From: Chrysochromulina tobinii
Taxonomy: Eukaryota
Length of the DNA: 33,746 bases
NCBI GenBank assembly: GCA_001275005.1
Contig: JWZX01002790.1
Coordinates: 1-33,746, forward strand
Direction: 5' to 3'
A program made the translations under genes and the position numbers. The notes below the pieces were generated by a model that was not told where the DNA came from, ran no database searches, and saw only the letters and a program-made list of their open reading frames with translations. Shown here piece by piece: positions 30,206 to 33,746 of this stretch (the stretch's first letter is position 1; every line of letters starts with the position of its first letter).

Positions 30206-33200
30206 CTAGTTGACATCTCCCCTTTGTTTCTGCGCATCACTGTTCACTTCCAGCTCACGCCGACCTCGGTGAGCCCCCCCCGCCGCCGGAGGGATCTCAT
30301 ACGCGCCGCGGCTGAAGGTGTAGGTGCCTATCGGAGCAAAGGTGCGGCTTCCCGCCCTCGTGAGTAGCCGCAGCCGGAACTTGCTCAGAGGCTGCGCGTC
30401 TATTCGTGAGAAGAAGACCCGCACGCCGAGCAGCTCATCGCCAGCTGCCGTGCATTTCCAGTCGCACTCGACGCGCCCGATGGTGCCCGCATCAGAGCTG
30501 ATCTGAAGCCCGAGGGGAGCAATGAAGACGCGCCGACGGTACGAGTCGCGAGGCTCGAGCGTGAGCGTACCGCCCGGGGTGGGCGGCGGTACGATGCCAG
30601 CGACCACGCCACCCTCACGGGCGCCGCCGTCAAAAGGGCCAAGCGCCACGTCGCAAAAGTAGCACTGCCACCCAAAGTCTGGGTGGAGGACGAGAAAGGA
30701 CTGGGTATTGTGGGTGTGCCCATAGAGTGCGAGGCCCCAGTCACCCGATGCCGGATCAAAGTACAAGTTGGCCGGGTCGCTGTGGAATCCCATCGAGTTG
30801 GCTCCCGTGGCCGGGTCGATGTTGGTCAGCACGCCGCCAATGGAGCCCGCGGCGAGACGGAGCAGGTAGAGGTCATCCGGGCTGCTCAGGAAAGCCTCGG
30901 TGCTCGGGATGGAGTTGAGCCCACTGCGGTAGTGTTGCAGAATGCGCTCAGTCCCCCCGTCGAACTCGATGTACCTACAGTCAGATCGCCATCAGGGAGA
31001 CCGTCAGAGGCGCCGAGAGGCCATCGGGGGCTATCCGAGCAAGAATCCGAGCAATCTCCCCCATCGAGCTCAACATACCCATTGTTCCCAAAGTCACCCA
31101 TCCCGTATGACGATCCATGCCACGCCCAATTTGGAACGAGGGGCGTGTAGGCGAGGATCTGGTCGAGAGCACTCCGAGCCAGCGCCGCCGCGGCCGTACG
31201 ATCGCCCGATGGGAGGCTTGGGAGGCTTCCAAAGTACGCTCCCCACACAAAGGACTCTTCTTGGCCGGTGGTGTCCCACGCGAACTCGGAGCCCGCGCCC
31301 GGCAGTCCCGTCTGATTCGCCCACGGCAGCGTTCGATTTTCGGCCAGGTACCAGTGGCAGCCCGGGTACGCGGGTCCACGGTCGCCTGGGTCGCCGGGCC
31401 CGGGGACAGGAACGCCCGGGGGAGCGTAGAAGCGGCACACGTTCTCGACGCCTCTCAAGGTGCGGTTCTCCATGATCTGTTCCACCACGGCCGCCTCGTC
31501 GGTCATACCCTCGTCCTTGAGCGCTTTGAGGATGGTCCAAAAGTTGGTGCCGTCCATGAGCCCTTGGTGCGAGTACCTGATGAGGGAGGCAATCAATATT
31601 CATACAACAGGCGATTCGGAGGCTGGCGGTCTAGAAGACATCAAGAGGCAAATTAGGGCAGCACGTACCAGCACGCCTGGTAGGCCATCGCGACGATCGT
31701 CTTGTACGCACGGTTCAGGTACCAGCGTGGCTCGTGCGTCGCCTTGAGCAGGTCATAATTCGCCAGCGCGAGATACATCGCGAGATAGACCGAGGACTGA
31801 TGAGGGTAGTTGTACGCACGTCCGAGCGATGCGGCACGTCCTTGGTCCCAGCGCCAGCCCGGCCAGCCCGGCGGGCACGGGGTCGTGCCTTCTTGATCGC
31901 AAAACCAGCGCCAGTCGTAGTCGTACCTGTGCGTGGAGAGGGCGCCGTGATGAGTACTTGCATGCTGGGCGCTCTGCCAGTCGCGGCGTAGTACCCGGGC
32001 ATCTTGGGCTGGGTGGTCAGGTTGATCGGCACCCAGAACATCGACGACATGATCCCATCGGCAGTGGGGCCCACGATGTCCTTGGGCCCACACGAGGGAT
32101 TCTCGAGACTTTCCGCGCCCTCAACACATTGGAGAGACGCACCGAAGGGCAACCCCGGCTTGATGCCATACAGAGTCTGCGTCACGTACGCGTCCAGCTT
32201 GGCCACCTCTTCCACAGTCGGCTGTCCGCTCACCTTAGCCGCGAAGCCGACATTCGCGCCCGCTCCGGCCTCGTCCGAGAGACCGTTATTAAAGATCCGA
32301 TGGTCCTCGTAACCGCCGCCTCCGTGGTATCCAATCTGCTTCTTGAGATCCCGATTATAGCCGAGAACACAGGGCGCGCGTCCGAACGGATCAGACATGT
32401 TGGCGTACCAGGCACCGTTCACAGCGTCGGTGACGAAGCGACCGTAGGCTCCGACGAGCTCGTCGAGTGGCGGGAGCACGTGGTAGGATGCTACCGTGGA
32501 GGATCCGTCCGAGAAGGTGAGAGTGATCGCCACACGGCCGTGCGTTGCGATCGGAAATCCCGTGCTCGTCACGCCAATCGATTGGTAGCCAAAGTTGCCT
32601 ATCGCTACTGGAGGGGCAAGCGCTACGGCGGAGGCGGGCGTCGCTTGCACCATCTGCAGCGTCGCGTTGCGTGGCGGGAGCACGAGCAGCGTCGCGTTCG
32701 CCATGTCGGTCGCGATCGTGTACCCCGGCACCGCCTGCAGCACGGCCAGCCCCGCGGCGGCGAGGGCATCTTCTTTGTCCCGTACCGACGGCGCCAAAAA
32801 AAAGCGATAGCTGATGGTCAGGCTGGCGCCCGGTGCGACCTCGGCCGCGGTGGGCACTACCCAGGGCTTGCTGCTCTCCCACTCCTTCTCGGCATAGGCC
32901 TTCGAGTGGCTCATGAGCTCATACAACCGACCACCGCTCGCCTCTCGCATCAGCCTCCACGCTTGCACCCCGGCCGTGCCCTCGGGCGCGACCATCAGAA
33001 CGGTCCCTTTGCCCGTCATACGGGTGACGCTCACCCAGCCCGAGGCGCCTATGATGGACGGGTCGATCATCGAGCATTGGGCTGCGAGCTCATCGAGAGA
33101 GCGCTGTCCGCCACCTTGTGTGTCCATCGTCTCGAAGACCATCGCGAGGCCCCAGCTGCCCACCTCGAGCGCCGTGCTACCCGTATTTGCGAGGGTGAAC

Positions 33201-33688
33201 CACATGCGGAAACCCTGCCCATCAGAGGCGCGCGCGTAGTGCCGCTCGAGCGTCAGCCGATGTGCGGCACCCGCCGAGCCGAGCGTCGCAGTCACGTTGG
33301 CCGCGGCGAGCTCGGTGGCCGGCGTCGGCGCGAACGGTACCGCGGCCTCTGGAGCGGCGGCCGTCGTGAGCGTGTCGTACGACGCCACGCCCACTTGCCG
33401 CACCCGAAGCGTCACATCACCCAGCCGATGCGAGCCGCCAAACGGGCGCGGCGGCACAAAGCCAAACTCGCCGCCCGGCACGTCAGATGCGGGCGCTTTG
33501 AGCGCAACAATAGTCTGGCGCACGCCGTCGAGGGTCACGTTCATGATGGGCTCATGCAAACCGCCTTTGACGGTGAAGGTGATGTCTTGCACCAAGGCGC
33601 TGTATGACAGCCTCGCGTCGGCATCGGACTTCCTCGATGCCGTCGCTGATGCGAGCCCGCTCACGGCGATGATGAGTAGGCCTGACAT
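30206..33688 (-). CDS. Secreted DUF5695-family putative glycoside hydrolase; 4 exons (33688-31995, 31926-31669, 31576-31079, 30974-30206)
   Basis: Signal peptide MSGLLIIAVSGLASATA. Spliced motifs GLSDEAGAG, RAYNYPH, GLMDGT, GSEFAWDTTGQEE, ERILQHYRSGLNSIP, PDDLYLLR, GFHSDP and SGDWG appear in the family's order. Three phase-2 GT-AG introns (31994-31927, 31668-31577, 31078-30975) restore the frame. Confidence 0.8.
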
Positions 33689-33718
33689 GCGACTTCCAAA
33701 AACTTGATCTGTACAGTA

Positions 33719-33746
33719 CCCCCCCCCCCCCCCCCCCCCCCCCCCC
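33719..33746. repeat. Poly-C run at the window end
   Basis: Homopolymer extending to the last base; it may be an assembly or sequencing artefact. Confidence 0.7.

Noticed and set aside
31829..33607. Long antisense/alternate-frame ORFs (592 aa here; also 17483-18586, 14813-15862, 24835-25938, 9223-10092)
   Set aside because: These are shadow ORFs produced by high GC3 opposite well-supported genes; they are Arg-rich and lack motifs.
33719..33746. Poly-C as a telomere or functional element
   Set aside because: It is not a telomeric repeat, and a homopolymer at the window edge is most likely low-complexity sequence or an artefact.

Overview
This is GC-rich, gene-dense eukaryotic nuclear DNA, most likely from a haptophyte-type (Chrysochromulina-like) flagellated microalga. 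That lineage is inferred from codon style, short GT-AG introns, (CTTGA)n repeats and protein families. About 15 protein genes are present: an EF-hand-like unknown protein (partial, missed by the ORF track), a GT18/MGAT5-like glycosyltransferase (1 intron), an F-box/LRR protein, a hypothetical protein, a SIRT6-like sirtuin, a globin-less androglobin, an adenylate kinase with an N-terminal extension, an ankyrin/polyproline protein, a MORN-repeat protein, adenosine kinase, a signal-peptide beta-barrel candidate, an RNI-like LRR protein, a Jupiter/HN1/SPIRAL1-like PPGG-repeat protein, a ~1594-aa multidomain TIR protein, and a DUF5695 glycoside-hydrolase-like gene (3 introns). The most striking item is the TIR protein. 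Its architecture is HERC2/KEG-type SH3 - C1/ZZ-like Zn finger - PCMTD-type methyltransferase - 7 near-identical, mosaic 198-bp SH3-like repeats - ankyrins - TIR with the catalytic Glu, which resembles a non-NLR innate immune receptor with a shuffled repeat sensor. All four inferred introns are also bounded by short direct repeats. No RNA genes or CRISPR arrays could be supported. Family calls come from motif recognition only; no searches were run.
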